A DNA stretch of 64,000 nt from Eledone cirrhosa (Eukaryota), in NCBI GenBank assembly GCA_964016885.1, contig OZ024744.1:130138001-130202000 (forward strand). The letters are read 5' to 3'. The position numbers and the translations under genes were made by a program. This document shows, one piece after another, positions 35,601 to 48,078 of this stretch; the stretch's first letter is position 1, and every line of letters begins with the position of its first letter. The notes beneath the pieces were generated by a model. It did not search any database, was not told the DNA's origin, and was given only the letters and a program-made list of their open reading frames with translations.

Positions 35601-36755
35601 TAAGTTGGGGCTAAGTTAAGTTGGGGCTTAGTTAAGTTGGGGTTAAGTTAAGTTGGGGTTAAGTTAAGGTGGGGTTTAGTTAAGTTGGGGCCAACTAAAG
35701 TTGGGGTTAAGTTAAGTTGGGGTTTATTTAAGTTGGGGTTCAGTTAATTTGGGGTTAAGTTAAGTTTGGGTTAAGTTGGGGTTAAATTAAGTTGGGGTTA
35801 AGTTAAGTTGGGGTTAAGTTAAGTTGGGGTTAAGTTAAGTTGGGGTTAAGTTAAGTTGGGGTTAAGTTAAGTTGGGGGTAAGTTAAGTTGGGGGTAAGTT
35901 AAGTTGGTGTTAAGTTAAGTTGGGGTTAAGTTAAGTTGGGGTTAAGTTAAGTTGGGTTTAAGTTAAGTTGGGGCTGAGTTAAGTTAGGGCTAAGTTAAGT
36001 TGGAGTTAAGTAAAGTTAGGGCTAAGTTAAGTTGGGGTTAAGTTAAGTTGGGGTTAATTTAAGTTGGGGTTACATTAAGATGAGGTTAAGTTAAGTTGGT
36101 GTTAAGTTAAGTTGGGGTTAATTTAAGTTAAGTTGGGGTTAAGTTAAGTTGGGGTTAAGTTAAGTTGGGGTTAATTTCAGTTGGGGTTGAGTTAAGTTGG
36201 GGTTAAGTTTAGTTGGGGTTAAGTTAAGTTGGGGTTGAGTTAAGTTGGGGTTAAGTTAAGTTGGGGCTAAGTTAAGTTCGGGTTAAGTTAAGTTGGTGTT
36301 AAGTTAAGTTGGGGTTAAGTTAAGTTGGGGCTAAGTTAAGTTGGGTCTAAGTTAAGTTGGGGTTAAGTTAAGTTGGGGTTAAGTTAAGTTAGGGTTAATT
36401 TAAGTTGGGGTTATGTTAAGTTGGGGTTAAGTTAAGTTGGGGTTAAGTTAGGTTGGTGTTAAGTTAAGTTGGGGGTAAGTTAAGTTGGGGGTAAGTTAAG
36501 TTGGTGTTAAGTTAAGTTGGGGTTAAGTTAAGTTGGGGTTAAGTTAAGTTGGGTTTAAGTTAAGTTGGGGCTAAGTTAAGTTAGGGCTAAGTTAAGTTGG
36601 GGCTGCGTTAAGTTGGGGTTAAATTAAGTTGGGGTTAAGTTAAGTTGGGGGTAAGATAAGTTGGGGTTAGTTAAGTTGCGGTTAAGTTAAGTTGGGGTTA
36701 AGTTAAGTTGGGGTTAAGTTGATTTGGGGTAAAGTTAAGTTGGGGTTAAGTTAAG

Positions 36756-39700
36756 TTGGGGTTAATTTAAGTTGGGGTTAAGTTAAGTTGGGGTTAATTT
36801 AAGTTGGGGTTAATTTAAGTTGGGGTTAAGTTAAGTTGGGGTTAAGTTAAGTTGGGGTTAAGTTAAGTTGGGGGTAAGTTAAGTTGGGGTTAAGTTAAGT
36901 TGGGGTTAAGTTGGGGTTAAGTTAAGTTAGGGTTAACTTAAGTTGGGGTTAAGTTAAGTGGTGGTTATGTTAAGTGGTGGTTATGTTAACTTGGGGTTAA
37001 GTTAAGTTGGGGTTAAGTTAAATTGGGGTTAAGTTAAGTTGCGGTTAAGTTAAGTTGGGGTTAAGTTAAGTTGGGGTTAAGTTAATTAGGGTTAAGTTAA
37101 GTTGGGGTTAAGTTAAGTTGGGGTTAAGTTAAGTTGCGGTTAAGTTAAGTTGGCGTTAAGTTAAGTTGGGGTTAAGTTAAGTTGGGATTAAGTTAAGTTG
37201 GGGTTAAGTTAAGATGGGGTTAAGTTAAGTTGGGGTTAAGTTAGATTGTTGTTAAGTTAAGTTGGGGTTAAGTTAAGTTGGGGTTAATTTAAGTTGGGGT
37301 TAAGTTAAGTCGGGGTTAAGTTGAGTTGGGGTTAGGTTAAGTTGGGGTTAAGTTAAGTTGGGGTTAAGTTAAGTTGGGGTTAAGATAAGTTGGGGTTAAG
37401 TTAAGTTGGGGTTCAATTAAGTTGCGGTTAATTTAAGTTGGGGTTAAGTTAAGTTGGGGTTAAGTTAAGTTGGGGTTAAGTTAAGTTGGGGTTAAGTTAA
37501 GTTGGGGTTAAGTTAAGTTGGGGTTAAGTTAAGTTGGGGTTACGTTAAGTTGGGGGTAAGTTAAGTTGGTGGTAAGTTAAGTTGGGGGTAAGTTAAGATG
37601 GGGTTAAGTTAAGTTGGGGTTAATTTAATTTGGGGTTAAGTTAAGTTGGGGTTAAGTTAAGTTGGGGTTAAGTTAAGTTGGAGTTAAGTTAAGTTGGGGG
37701 TAAGTTAAGTTGGGGTTAAGTTAAGTTGGGGTTAAGATAAGTTGGGGTTAAGTTAAGTTGGGGTTGAGCTAAGTTGGGGTTGAGTTAATTTGGGGTTAAG
37801 TTAAGTTGGGGTTAAGTTAAGTTGGGTTTAAGTTAAGTTGGGGTTAAGTTAAGTTGGGGTTAAATTAAGTTGGGGTTAAGCTAAGTTGGGGTTAAGTTAA
37901 ATTGAGGTTAAGTTAAGTTGGGGTTAATTTAAGTTGGGGTTAAGCTAAGTTGGGGTTAAGTTAAATTGAGGTTAAGTTAAGTTGGGGTTAAGTTAAGTTG
38001 GGGTTAATTTAAGTTGGGGCTAAGTAAAGTTGGGGCTAAGTTAAGTAGGGGTTAAGTTAAGTTAGGGTTGAGTTAAGTTGGGGTTAAGTTAACTTTGGGT
38101 TAAGTTAAGTTGGGTTTGAGTTAAGTTGGGGTTAATTAAGTTGGGGTTAAGTTAAGTTGGGGTTAAGTTAAGTTGGGGTTAAGTTAAGTTGGGGTTAAGT
38201 TAAGTTGCGGTTAAGTTAAGTTGAGATTAAGTTAAGTTGGGGTTAAGTGAAGTTGCGGTTAAGTTAAGTTGGGGCTAAGTTAAGTTGGGGCTAAGTTAAG
38301 TTGGGGCTTAGTTAAGTTGGGGTTTAGTTAAGTTGGGGTCAACTAAAGTTGGGGTTAAGTTAAGTTGGGGTTCACTTAAGTTGGGGTTAAGTTAAGTTGG
38401 GGTTAAGTTAAGTTGGGGTTTATTTAAGTTGGGGTTCAGTTAATTTGGGGTTAAGTTAAGTTTGGGTTTAGTTGGGGTTAAATTAAGTTGGGGTTAAGTT
38501 AAGTTGGGGTTAAGTTACGTTGGGGTTAATTTAAGTTGGGGTTAAGTTAAGTTGCGGGTAATTTAAGTTGGGGTTAAGTTAAGTTGGGGTTAAGTTAAGT
38601 TGGGGTTAAGTTAAGTTGGGGGTAAGTTAAGTTGGGGGTAAGTTAAGTTGGGGGTAAGTTAAGTTGGGGTTAAGTTAAGTTGGGGTTAAGTTAAGTTGGG
38701 GTTAAGTTAAGTTAGGGTTAAGTTAAGTTGGGGTTGAGTTAAGTTGGGGTTAAGTTAAGTTGGGGTTATGTTAAGTTGGGGTTAAGTTAAATTGGGGTTA
38801 ATTTAACTTTGTGGTTAAGTTAAGTTGGGGTTAATTTAAGTTGGGGTTAAGTTAAGTTGGAGTTAAGTTAAGTTGGGGTTAAGTTAAGTTGGGGTTAATT
38901 TAAGTTGCGGTTAAGTTAAGTTGAGGTTAAGTTAAGTTGGGGTTAAGTTAAGTTGGGGTTAAGTTAAGTTGGGGCTAAGTTAAGTTGGGGCTAAGTTACG
39001 TTGGGGCTTAGTTAAGTTGGGGTTAAGTTAAGTTGGGGTTAAGTTAAGGTGGGGTTTAGTTAAGTTGGGGTCAACTAAAGTTGGGGTTAAGTTAAGTTGG
39101 GGTTTATTTAAGTTGGGGTTCAGTTAATTTGGGGTTAAGTTAAGTTTGGGTTAAGTTGGGGTTAAATTAAGTTGGGGTTAAGTTAAGTTGGGGTTAAGTT
39201 AAGTTGGGGTTAAGTTAAGTTGGGGTTAAGTTAAGTTGGGGTTAAGTTAAGTTGGGGGTAAGTTAAGTTGGGGGTAAGTTAAGTTGGTGTTAAGTTAAGT
39301 TGGGGTTAAGTTAAGTTGGGGTTAAGTTAAGTTGGGTTTAAGTTAAGTTGGGGCTGAGTTAAGTTAGGGCTAAGTTAAGTTGGAGTTAAGTAAAGTTAGG
39401 GCTAAGTAAAGTTGGGGTTAAGTTAAGTTGGGGTTAATTTAAGTTGGGGTTACATTAAGATGAGGTTAAGTTAAGTTGGTGTTAAGTTAAGTTGGGGTTA
39501 ATTTAAGTTAAGTTGGGGTTAAGTTAAGTTGGGGTTAAGTTAAGTTGGGGTTAATTTCAGTTGGGGTTGAGTTAAGTTGGGGTTAAGTTTAGTTGGGGTT
39601 AAGTTAAGTTGGGGTTGAGTTAAGTTGGGGTTAATTTAAGTTGGGGCTAAGTTAAGTTCGGGTTAAGTTAAGTTGGTGTTAAGTTAAGTTGGGGTTAAGT

Positions 39701-42700
39701 TAAGTTGGGGCTAAGTTAAGTTGGGGTTAAGTTAAGTTGGGGTTAAGTTAAGTTGGGGCTAAGTTAAGTTGGGGCTAAGTTAAGTTGGGGTTAAGTTAAG
39801 TTAGGGTTAATTTAAGTTGGGGTTATGTTAAGTTGGGGTTAAGTTAAGTTGGGGTTAAGTTAGGTTGGTGTTAATTTAAGTTGGGGGTAAGTTAAGTTGG
39901 GGGGTAAGTTAAGTTGGTGTTAAGTTAAGTTGGGGTTAAATTAAGTTGGGGTTAAGTGAAGTTGCGGTTAAGTTAAGTTGGGGCTAAGTTAAGTTGGGGC
40001 TAAGTTAAGTTGGGGCTTAATTAAGTTGGGGTTAAGTTAAGTTGGGGTTAAGTTAAGGTGGGGTTTAGTTAAGTTGGGGTCAACTAAAGTTGGGGTTAAG
40101 TTAAGTTGGGGTTCACTTAAGTTGGGGTTAAGTTAAGTTGGGGTTAAGTTAAGTTGGGGTTTATTTAAGTTGGGGTTCAGTTAATTTGGGGTTAAGTTAA
40201 GTTTGGGTTTAGTTGGGGTTAAATTAAGTTGGGGTTAAGTTAAGTTGGGGTTAAGTTACGTTGGGGTTAATTTAAGTTGGGGTTAAGTTAAGTTGGGGTT
40301 AATTTAAGTTGGGGTTAATTTAAGTTGGGGTTAAGTTAAGTTGGGGTTAAGTTAAGTTGGGGTTAAGTTAAGTTGGGGGTAAGTTAAGTTGGGGTTAAGT
40401 TAAGTTGGGGTTAAGTTGGGGTTAAGTTAAGTTAGGGTTAACTTAAGTTGGGGTTAAGTTAAGTGGTGGTTATGTTAAGTGGTGGTTATGTTAACTTGGG
40501 GTTAAGTTAAGTTGGGGTTAAGTTAAATTGGGGTTAAGTTAAGTTGCGGTTAAGTTAAGTTGGGGTTAAGTTAAGTTGGGGTTAAGTTAATTAGGGTTAA
40601 GTTAAGTTGGGGTTAAGTTAAGTTGGGGTTAAGTTAAGTTGCGGTTAAGTTAAGTTGGCGTTAAGTTAAGTTGGGGTTAAGTTAAGTTGGGATTAAGTTA
40701 AGTTGGGGTTAAGTTAAGATGGGGTTAAGTTAAGTTGGGGTTAAGTTAGATTGTTGTTAAGTTAAGTTGGGGTTAAGTTAAGTTGGGGTTAATTTAAGTT
40801 GGGGTTAAGTTAAGTCGGGGTTAAGTTGAGTTGGGGTTAGGTTAAGTTGGGGTTAAGTTAAGTTGGGGTTAAGTTAAGTTGGGGTTAAGATAAGTTGGGG
40901 TTAAGTTAAGTTGGGGTTCAATTAAGTTGCGGTTAATTTAAGTTGGGGTTAAGTTAAGTTGGGGTTAAGTTAAGTTGGGGTTAAGTTAAGTTGGGGTTAA
41001 GTTAAGTTGGGGTTAAGTTAAGTTGGGGTTACGTTAAGTTGGGGGTAAGTTAAGTTGGTGGTAAGTTAAGTTGGGGGTAAGTTAAGATGGGGTTAAGTTA
41101 AGTTGGGGTTAATTTAATTTGGGGTTAAGTTAAGTTGGGGTTAAGTTAAGTTGGGGTTAAGTTAAGTTGGAGTTAAGTTAAGTTGGGGGTAAGTTAAGTT
41201 GGGGTTAAGTTAAGTTGGGGTTAAGATAAGTTGGGGTTAAGTTAAGTTGGGGTTGAGCTAAGTTGGGGTTGAGTTAATTTGGGGTTAAGTTAAGTTGGGG
41301 TTAAGTTAAGTTGGGTTTAAGTTAAGTTGGGGTTAAGTTAAGTTGGGGTTAAATTAAGTTGGGGTTAAGCTAAGTTGGGGTTAAGTTAAATTGAGGTTAA
41401 GTTAAGTTGGGGTTAATTTAAGTTGGGGTTAAGCTAAGTTGGGGTTAAGTTAAATTGAGGTTAAGTTAAGTTGGGGTTAAGTTAAGTTGGGGTTAATTTA
41501 AGTTGGGGCTAAGTAAAGTTGGGGCTAAGTTAAGTAGGGGTTAAGTTAAGTTAGGGTTGAGTTAAGTTGGGGTTAAGTTAACTTTGGGTTAAGTTAAGTT
41601 GGGTTTGAGTTAAGTTGGGGTTAATTAAGTTGGGGTTAAGTTAAGTTGGGGTTAAGTTAAGTTGGGGTTAAGTTAAGTTGGGGTTAAGTTAAGTTGCGGT
41701 TAAGTTAAGTTGAGATTAAGTTAAGTTGGGGTTAAGTGAAGTTGCGGTTAAGTTAAGTTGGGGCTAAGTTAAGTTGGGGCTAAGTTAAGTTGGGGCTTAG
41801 TTAAGTTGGGGTTTAGTTAAGTTGGGGTCAACTAAAGTTGGGGTTAAGTTAAGTTGGGGTTCACTTAAGTTGGGGTTAAGTTAAGTTGGGGTTAAGTTAA
41901 GTTGGGGTTTATTTAAGTTGGGGTTCAGTTAATTTGGGGTTAAGTTAAGTTTGGGTTTAGTTGGGGTTAAATTAAGTTGGGGTTAAGTTAAGTTGGGGTT
42001 AAGTTACGTTGGGGTTAATTTAAGTTGGGGTTAAGTTAAGTTGCGGGTATTTTAAGTTGGGGTTAAGTTAAGTTGGGGTTAAGTTAAGTTGGGGTTAAGT
42101 TAAGTTGGGGGTAAGTTAAGTTGGGGGTAAGTTAAGTTGGGGGTAAGTTAAGTTGGGGTTAAGTTAAGTTGGGGTTAAGTTAAGTTGGGGTTAAGTTAAG
42201 TTAGGGTTAAGTTAAGTTGGGGTTGAGTTAAGTTGGGGTTAAGTTAAGTTGGGGTTATGTTAAGTTGGGGTTAAGTTAAATTGGGGTTAATTTAACTTTG
42301 TGGTTAAGTTAAGTTGGGGTTAATTTAAGTTGGGGTTAAGTTAAGTTGGAGTTAAGTTAAGTTGGGGTTAAGTTAAGTTGGGGTTAATTTAAGTTGCGGT
42401 TAAGTTAAGTTGAGGTTAAGTTAAGTTGGGGTTAAGTTAAGTTGGGGTTAAGTTAAGTTGGGGCTAAGTTAAGTTGGGGCTAAGTTACGTTGGGGCTTAG
42501 TTAAGTTGGGGTTAAGTTAAGTTGGGGTTAAGTTAAGGTGGGGTTTAGTTAAGTTGGGGTCAACTAAAGTTGGGGTTAAGTTAAGTTGGGGTTTATTTAA
42601 GTTGGGGTTCAGTTAATTTGGGGTTAAGTTAAGTTTGGGTTAAGTTGGGGTTAAATTAAGTTGGGGTTAAGTTAAGTTGGGGTTAAGTTAAGTTGGGGTT

Positions 42701-43750
42701 AAGTTAAGTTGGGGTTAAGTTAAGTTGGGGTTAAGTTAAGTTGGGGGTAAGTTAAGTTGGGGGTAAGTTAAGTTGGTGTTAAGTTAAGTTGGGGTTAAGT
42801 TAAGTTGGGGTTAAGTTAAGTTGGGTTTAAGTTAAGTTGGGGCTGAGTTAAGTTAGGGCTAAGTTAAGTTGGAGTTAAGTAAAGTTAGGGCTAAGTAAAG
42901 TTGGGGTTAAGTTAAGTTGGGGTTAATTTAAGTTGGGGTTACATTAAGATGAGGTTAAGTTAAGTTGGTGTTAAGTTAAGTTGGGGTTAATTTAAGTTAA
43001 GTTGGGGTTAAGTTAAGTTGGGGTTAAGTTAAGTTGGGGTTAATTTCAGTTGGGGTTGAGTTAAGTTGGGGTTAAGTTTAGTTGGGGTTAAGTTAAGTTG
43101 GGGTTGAGTTAAGTTGGGGTTAATTTAAGTTGGGGCTAAGTTAAGTTCGGGTTAAGTTAAGTTGGTGTTAAGTTAAGTTGGGGTTAAGTTAAGTTGGGGC
43201 TAAGTTAAGTTGGGGTTAAGTTAAGTTGGGGTTAAGTTAAGTTGGGGCTAAGTTAAGTTGGGGCTAAGTTAAGTTGGGGTTAAGTTAAGTTAGGGTTAAT
43301 TTAAGTTGGGGTTATGTTAAGTTGGGGTTAAGTTAAGTTGGGGTTAAGTTAGGTTGGTGTTAAGTTAAGTTGGGGGTAAGTTAAGTTGGGGGGTAAGTTA
43401 AGTTGGTGTTAAGTTAAGTTGGGGTTAAATTAAGTTGGGGTTAAGTGAAGTTGCGGTTAAGTTAAGTTGGGGCTAAGTTAAGTTGGGGCTAAGTTAAGTT
43501 GGGGCTTAATTAAGTTGGGGTTAAGTTAAGTTGGGGTTAAGTTAAGGTGGGGTTTAGTTAAGTTGGGGTCAACTAAAGTTGGGGTTAAGTTAAGTTGGGG
43601 TTCACTTAAGTTGGGGTTAAGTTAAGTTGGGGTTAAGTTAAGTTGGGGTTTATTTAAGTTGGGGTTCAGTTAATTTGGGGTTAAGTTAAGTTTGGGTTTA
43701 GTTGGGGTTAAATTAAGTTGGGGTTAAGTTAAGTTGGGGTTAAGTTACGT
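36756..43750 (+). repeat. 3.5 kb tandem duplication inside copy 2 (36756-40260 / 40261-43750)
   Basis: GTGGTGGTTATG 36958/40463 and TTAGATTGTTG 37241/40746 (offset 3505). TTACGTTGGGGCTTAG 38996/42485 (offset 3489). Confidence 0.85.
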
Positions 43751-46700
43751 TGGGGTTAATTTAAGTTGGGGTTAAGTTAAGTTGCGGGTAATTTAAGTTG
43801 GGGTTAAGTTAAGTTGGGGTTAAGTTAAGTTGGGGTTAAGTTAAGTTGGGGGTAATTTAAGTTGGGGGTAAGTTAAGTTGGGGGTAAGTTAAGTTGGGGT
43901 TAAGTTAAGTTGGGGTTAAGTTAAGTTGGGGTTAAGTTAAGTTAGGGTTAAGTTAAGTTGGGGTTGAGTTAAGTTGGGGTTAAGTTAAGTTGGGGTTATG
44001 TTAAGTTGGGGTTAAGTTAAATTGGGGTTAATTTAACTTTGTGGTTAAGTTAAGTTGGGGTTAATTTAAGTTGGGGTTAAGTTAAGTTGGAGTTAAGTTA
44101 AGTTGGGGTTAAGTTAAGTTGGGGTTAATTTAAGTTGCGGTTAAGTTAAGTTGAGGTTAAGTTAAGTTGGGGTTAAGTTAAGTTGGGGTTAAGTTAAGTT
44201 GGGGCTAAGTTAAGTTGGGGCTAAGTTAAGTTGGGGCTTAGTTAAGTTGGGGTTAAGTTAAGTTGGGGTTAAGTTAAGGTGGGGTTTAGTTAAGTTGGGG
44301 TCAACTAAAGTTGGGGCTTAGTTAAGTTGGGGGTAAGTTAAGTTGGGGGTAAGTTAAGTTGGTGTTAAGTTAAGTTGGGGTTAAGTTAAGTTGGGGTTAA
44401 GTTAAGTTGGGTTTAAGTTAAGTTGGGGCTGAGTTAAGTTAGGGCTAAGTTAAGTTGGAGTTAAGTAAAGTTAGGGCTAAGTTAAGTTGGGGTTAAGTTA
44501 AGTTGGGGTTAATTTAAGTTGGGGTTACATTAAGATGAGGTTAAGTTAAGTTGGTGTTAAGTTAAGTTGGGGTTAATTTCAGTTGGGGTTAAGTTAAGTT
44601 GGGGTTAAGTTAAGTTGGGGTTAATTTCAGTTGGGGTTGAGTTAAGTTGGGGTTAAGTTTAGTTGGGGTTAAGTTAAGTTGGGGTTGAGTTAAGTTGGGG
44701 TTAAGTTAAGTTGGGGCTAAGTTAAGTTCGGGTTAAGTTAAGTTGGTGTTAAGTTAAGTTGGGGTTAAGTTAAGTTGGGGCTAAGTTAAGTTGGGTCTAA
44801 GTTAAGTTGGGGTTAAGTTAAGTTGGGGTTAAGTTAAGTTAGGGTTAATTTAAGTTGGGGTTATGTTAAGTTGGGGTTAAGTTAAGTTGGGGTTAAGTTA
44901 GGTTGGTGTTAAGTTAAGTTGGGGGTAAGTTAAGTTGGGGGTAAGTTAAGTTGGTGTTAAGTTAAGTTGGGGTTAAGTTAAGTTGGGGTTAAGTTAAGTT
45001 GGGTTTAAGTTAAGTTGGGGCTAAGTTAAGTTAGGGCTAAGTTAAGTTGGGGCTGCGTTAAGTTGGGGTTAAATTAAGTTGGGGTTAAGTTAAGTTGGGG
45101 GTAAGATAAGTTGGGGTTAGTTAAGTTGCGGTTAAGTTAAGTTGGGGTTAAGTTAAGTTGGGGTTAAGTTGATTTGGGGTAAAGTTAAGTTGGGGTTAAT
45201 TTAAGTTGGGGTTAAGTTAAGTTGGGGTTAATTTAAGTTGGGGTTAATTTAAGTTGGGGTTAAGTTAAGTTGGGGTTAAGTTAAGTTGGGGTTAAGTTAA
45301 GTTGGGGGTAAGTTAAGTTGGGGTTAAGTTAAGTTGGGGTTAAGTTGGGGTTAAGTTAAGTTAGGGTTAACTTAAGTTGGGGTTAAGTTAAGTGGTGGTT
45401 ATGTTAAGTGGTGGTTATGTTAACTTGGGGTTAAGGTAAGTTGGGGTTAAGTTAAATTGGGGTTAAGTTAAGTTGCGGTTAAGTTAAGTTGGGGTTAAGT
45501 TAAGTTGGGGTTAAGTTAATTAGGGTTAAGTTAAGTTGGGGTTAAGTTAAGTTGGGGTTAAGTTAAGTTGCGGTTAAGTTAAGTTGGCGTTAAGTTAAGT
45601 TGGGGTTAAGTTAAGTTGGGATTAAGTTAAGTTGGGGTTAAGTTAAGTTGGGGTTAAGTTAAGTTGGGGTTAAGTTAGATTGTTGTTAAGTTAAGTTGGG
45701 GTTAAGTTAAGTTGGGGTTAATTTAAGTTGGGGTTAAGTTAAGTCGGGGTTAAGTTGAGTTGGGGTTAGGTTAAGTTGGGGTTAAGTTAAGTTGGGGTTA
45801 AGTTAAGTTGGGGTTAAGATAAGTTGGGGTTAAGTTAAGTTGGGGTTGAGTTAATTTGGGGTTAACTTAAGTTGGGGTTAACTTAAGTCGGGATTAAATT
45901 AAGTTGGGGTTAAGTTAAGTTGGGGTTAAGTTACGTTGGGGTTAATTTAAGTTGGGGTTAAGTTAAGTTGCGGGTAATTTAAGTTGGGGTTAAGTTAAGT
46001 TGGGGTTAAGTTAAGTTGGGGTTAAGTTAAGTTGGGGGTAATTTAAGTTGGGGGTAAGTTAAGTTGGGGGTAAGTTAAGTTGGGGTTAAGTTAAGTTGGG
46101 GTTAAGTTAAGTTGGGGTTAAGTTAAGTTAGGGTTAAGTTAAGTTGGGGTTGAGTTAAGTTGGGGTTAAGTTAAGTTGGGGTTATGTTAAGTTGGGGTTA
46201 AGTTAAATTGGGGTTAATTTAACTTTGTGGTTAAGTTAAGTTGGGGTTAATTTAAGTTGGGGTTAAGTTAAGTTGGAGTTAAGTTAAGTTGGGGTTAAGT
46301 TAAGTTGGGGTTAATTTAAGTTGCGGTTAAGTTAAGTTGAGGTTAAGTTAAGTTGGGGTTAAGTTAAGTTGGGGTTAAGTTAAGTTGGGGCTAAGTTAAG
46401 TTGGGGCTAAGTTAAGTTGGGGCTTAGTTAAGTTGGGGTTAAGTTAAGTTGGGGTTAAGTTAAGGTGGGGTTTAGTTAAGTTGGGGTCAACTAAAGTTGG
46501 GGCTTAGTTAAGTTGGGGGTAAGTTAAGTTGGGGGTAAGTTAAGTTGGTGTTAAGTTAAGTTGGGGTTAAGTTAAGTTGGGGTTAAGTTAAGTTGGGTTT
46601 AAGTTAAGTTGGGCTGAGTTAAGTTAGGGCTAAGTTAAGTTGGAGTTAAGTAAAGTTAGGGCTAAGTTAAGTTGGGGTTAAGTTAAGTTGGGGTTAATTT

Positions 46701-48078
46701 AAGTTGGGGTTACATTAAGATGAGGTTAAGTTAAGTTGGTGTTAAGTTAAGTTGGGGTTAATTTCAGTTGGGGTTAAGTTAAGTTGGGGTTAAGTTAAGT
46801 TGGGGTTAATTTCAGTTGGGGTTGAGTTAAGTTGGGGTTAAGTTTAGTTGGGGTTAAGTTAAGTTGGGGTTGAGTTAAGTTGGGGTTAAGTTAAGTTGGG
46901 GCTAAGTTAAGTTCGGGTTAAGTTAAGTTGGTGTTAAGTTAAGTTGGGGTTAAGTTAAGTTGGGGCTAAGTTAAGTTGGGTCTAAGTTAAGTTGGGGTTA
47001 AGTTAAGTTGGGGTTAAGTTAAGTTAGGGTTAATTTAAGTTGGGGTTATGTTAAGTTGGGGTTAAGTTAAGTTGGGGTTAAGTTAGGTTGGTGTTAAGTT
47101 AAGTTGGGGGTAAGTTAAGTTGGGGGTAAGTTAAGTTGGTGTTAAGTTAAGTTGGGGTTAAGTTAAGTTGGGGTTAAGTTAAGTTGGGTTTAAGTTAAGT
47201 TGGGGCTAAGTTAAGTTAGGGCTAAGTTAAGTTGGGGCTGCGTTAAGTTGGGGTTAAATTAAGTTGGGGTTAAGTTAAGTTGGGGGTAAGATAAGTTGGG
47301 GTTAGTTAAGTTGCGGTTAAGTTAAGTTGGGGTTAAGTTAAGTTGGGGTTAAGTTGATTTGGGGTAAAGTTAAGTTGGGGTTAATTTAAGTTGGGGTTAA
47401 GTTAAGTTGGGGTTAATTTAAGTTGGGGTTAATTTAAGTTGGGGTTAAGTTAAGTTGGGGTTAAGTTAAGTTGGGGTTAAGTTAAGTTGGGGGTAAGTTA
47501 AGTTGGGGTTAAGTTAAGTTGGGGTTAAGTTGGGGTTAAGTTAAGTTAGGGTTAACTTAAGTTGGGGTTAAGTTAAGTGGTGGTTATGTTAAGTGGTGGT
47601 TATGTTAACTTGGGGTTAAGGTAAGTTGGGGTTAAGTTAAATTGGGGTTAAGTTAAGTTGCGGTTAAGTTAAGTTGGGGTTAAGTTAAGTTGGGGTTAAG
47701 TTAATTAGGGTTAAGTTAAGTTGGGGTTAAGTTAAGTTGGGGTTAAGTTAAGTTGCGGTTAAGTTAAGTTGGCGTTAAGTTAAGTTGGGGTTAAGTTAAG
47801 TTGGGATTAAGTTAAGTTGGGGTTAAGTTAAGTTGGGGTTAAGTTAAGTTGGGGTTAAGTTAGATTGTTGTTAAGTTAAGTTGGGGTTAAGTTAAGTTGG
47901 GGTTAATTTAAGTTGGGGTTAAGTTAAGTCGGGGTTAAGTTGAGTTGGGGTTAGGTTAAGTTGGGGTTAAGTTAAGTTGGGGTTAAGTTAAGTTGGGGTT
48001 AAGATAAGTTGGGGTTAAGTTAAGTTGGGGTTGAGTTAATTTGGGGTTAACTTAAGTTGGGGTTAACTTAAGTCGGGA
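43708..48078 (+). repeat. 2.19 kb tandem duplication present only in copy 2 (43708-45893 / 45894-48078)
   Basis: TTAACTTTGTGG 44033/46219 (2186), GCTGCG 45052/47237 and TTAGATTGTTG 45675/47860 (2185). A 1-bp G deletion near 46611 explains the shift. Confidence 0.9.

Noticed and set aside
45894-45897. piggyBac-type TTAA target-site duplication at the 2.19 kb junction
   Set aside because: There are no terminal inverted repeats or transposase, and TTAA makes up half of every monomer, so the coincidence is expected.
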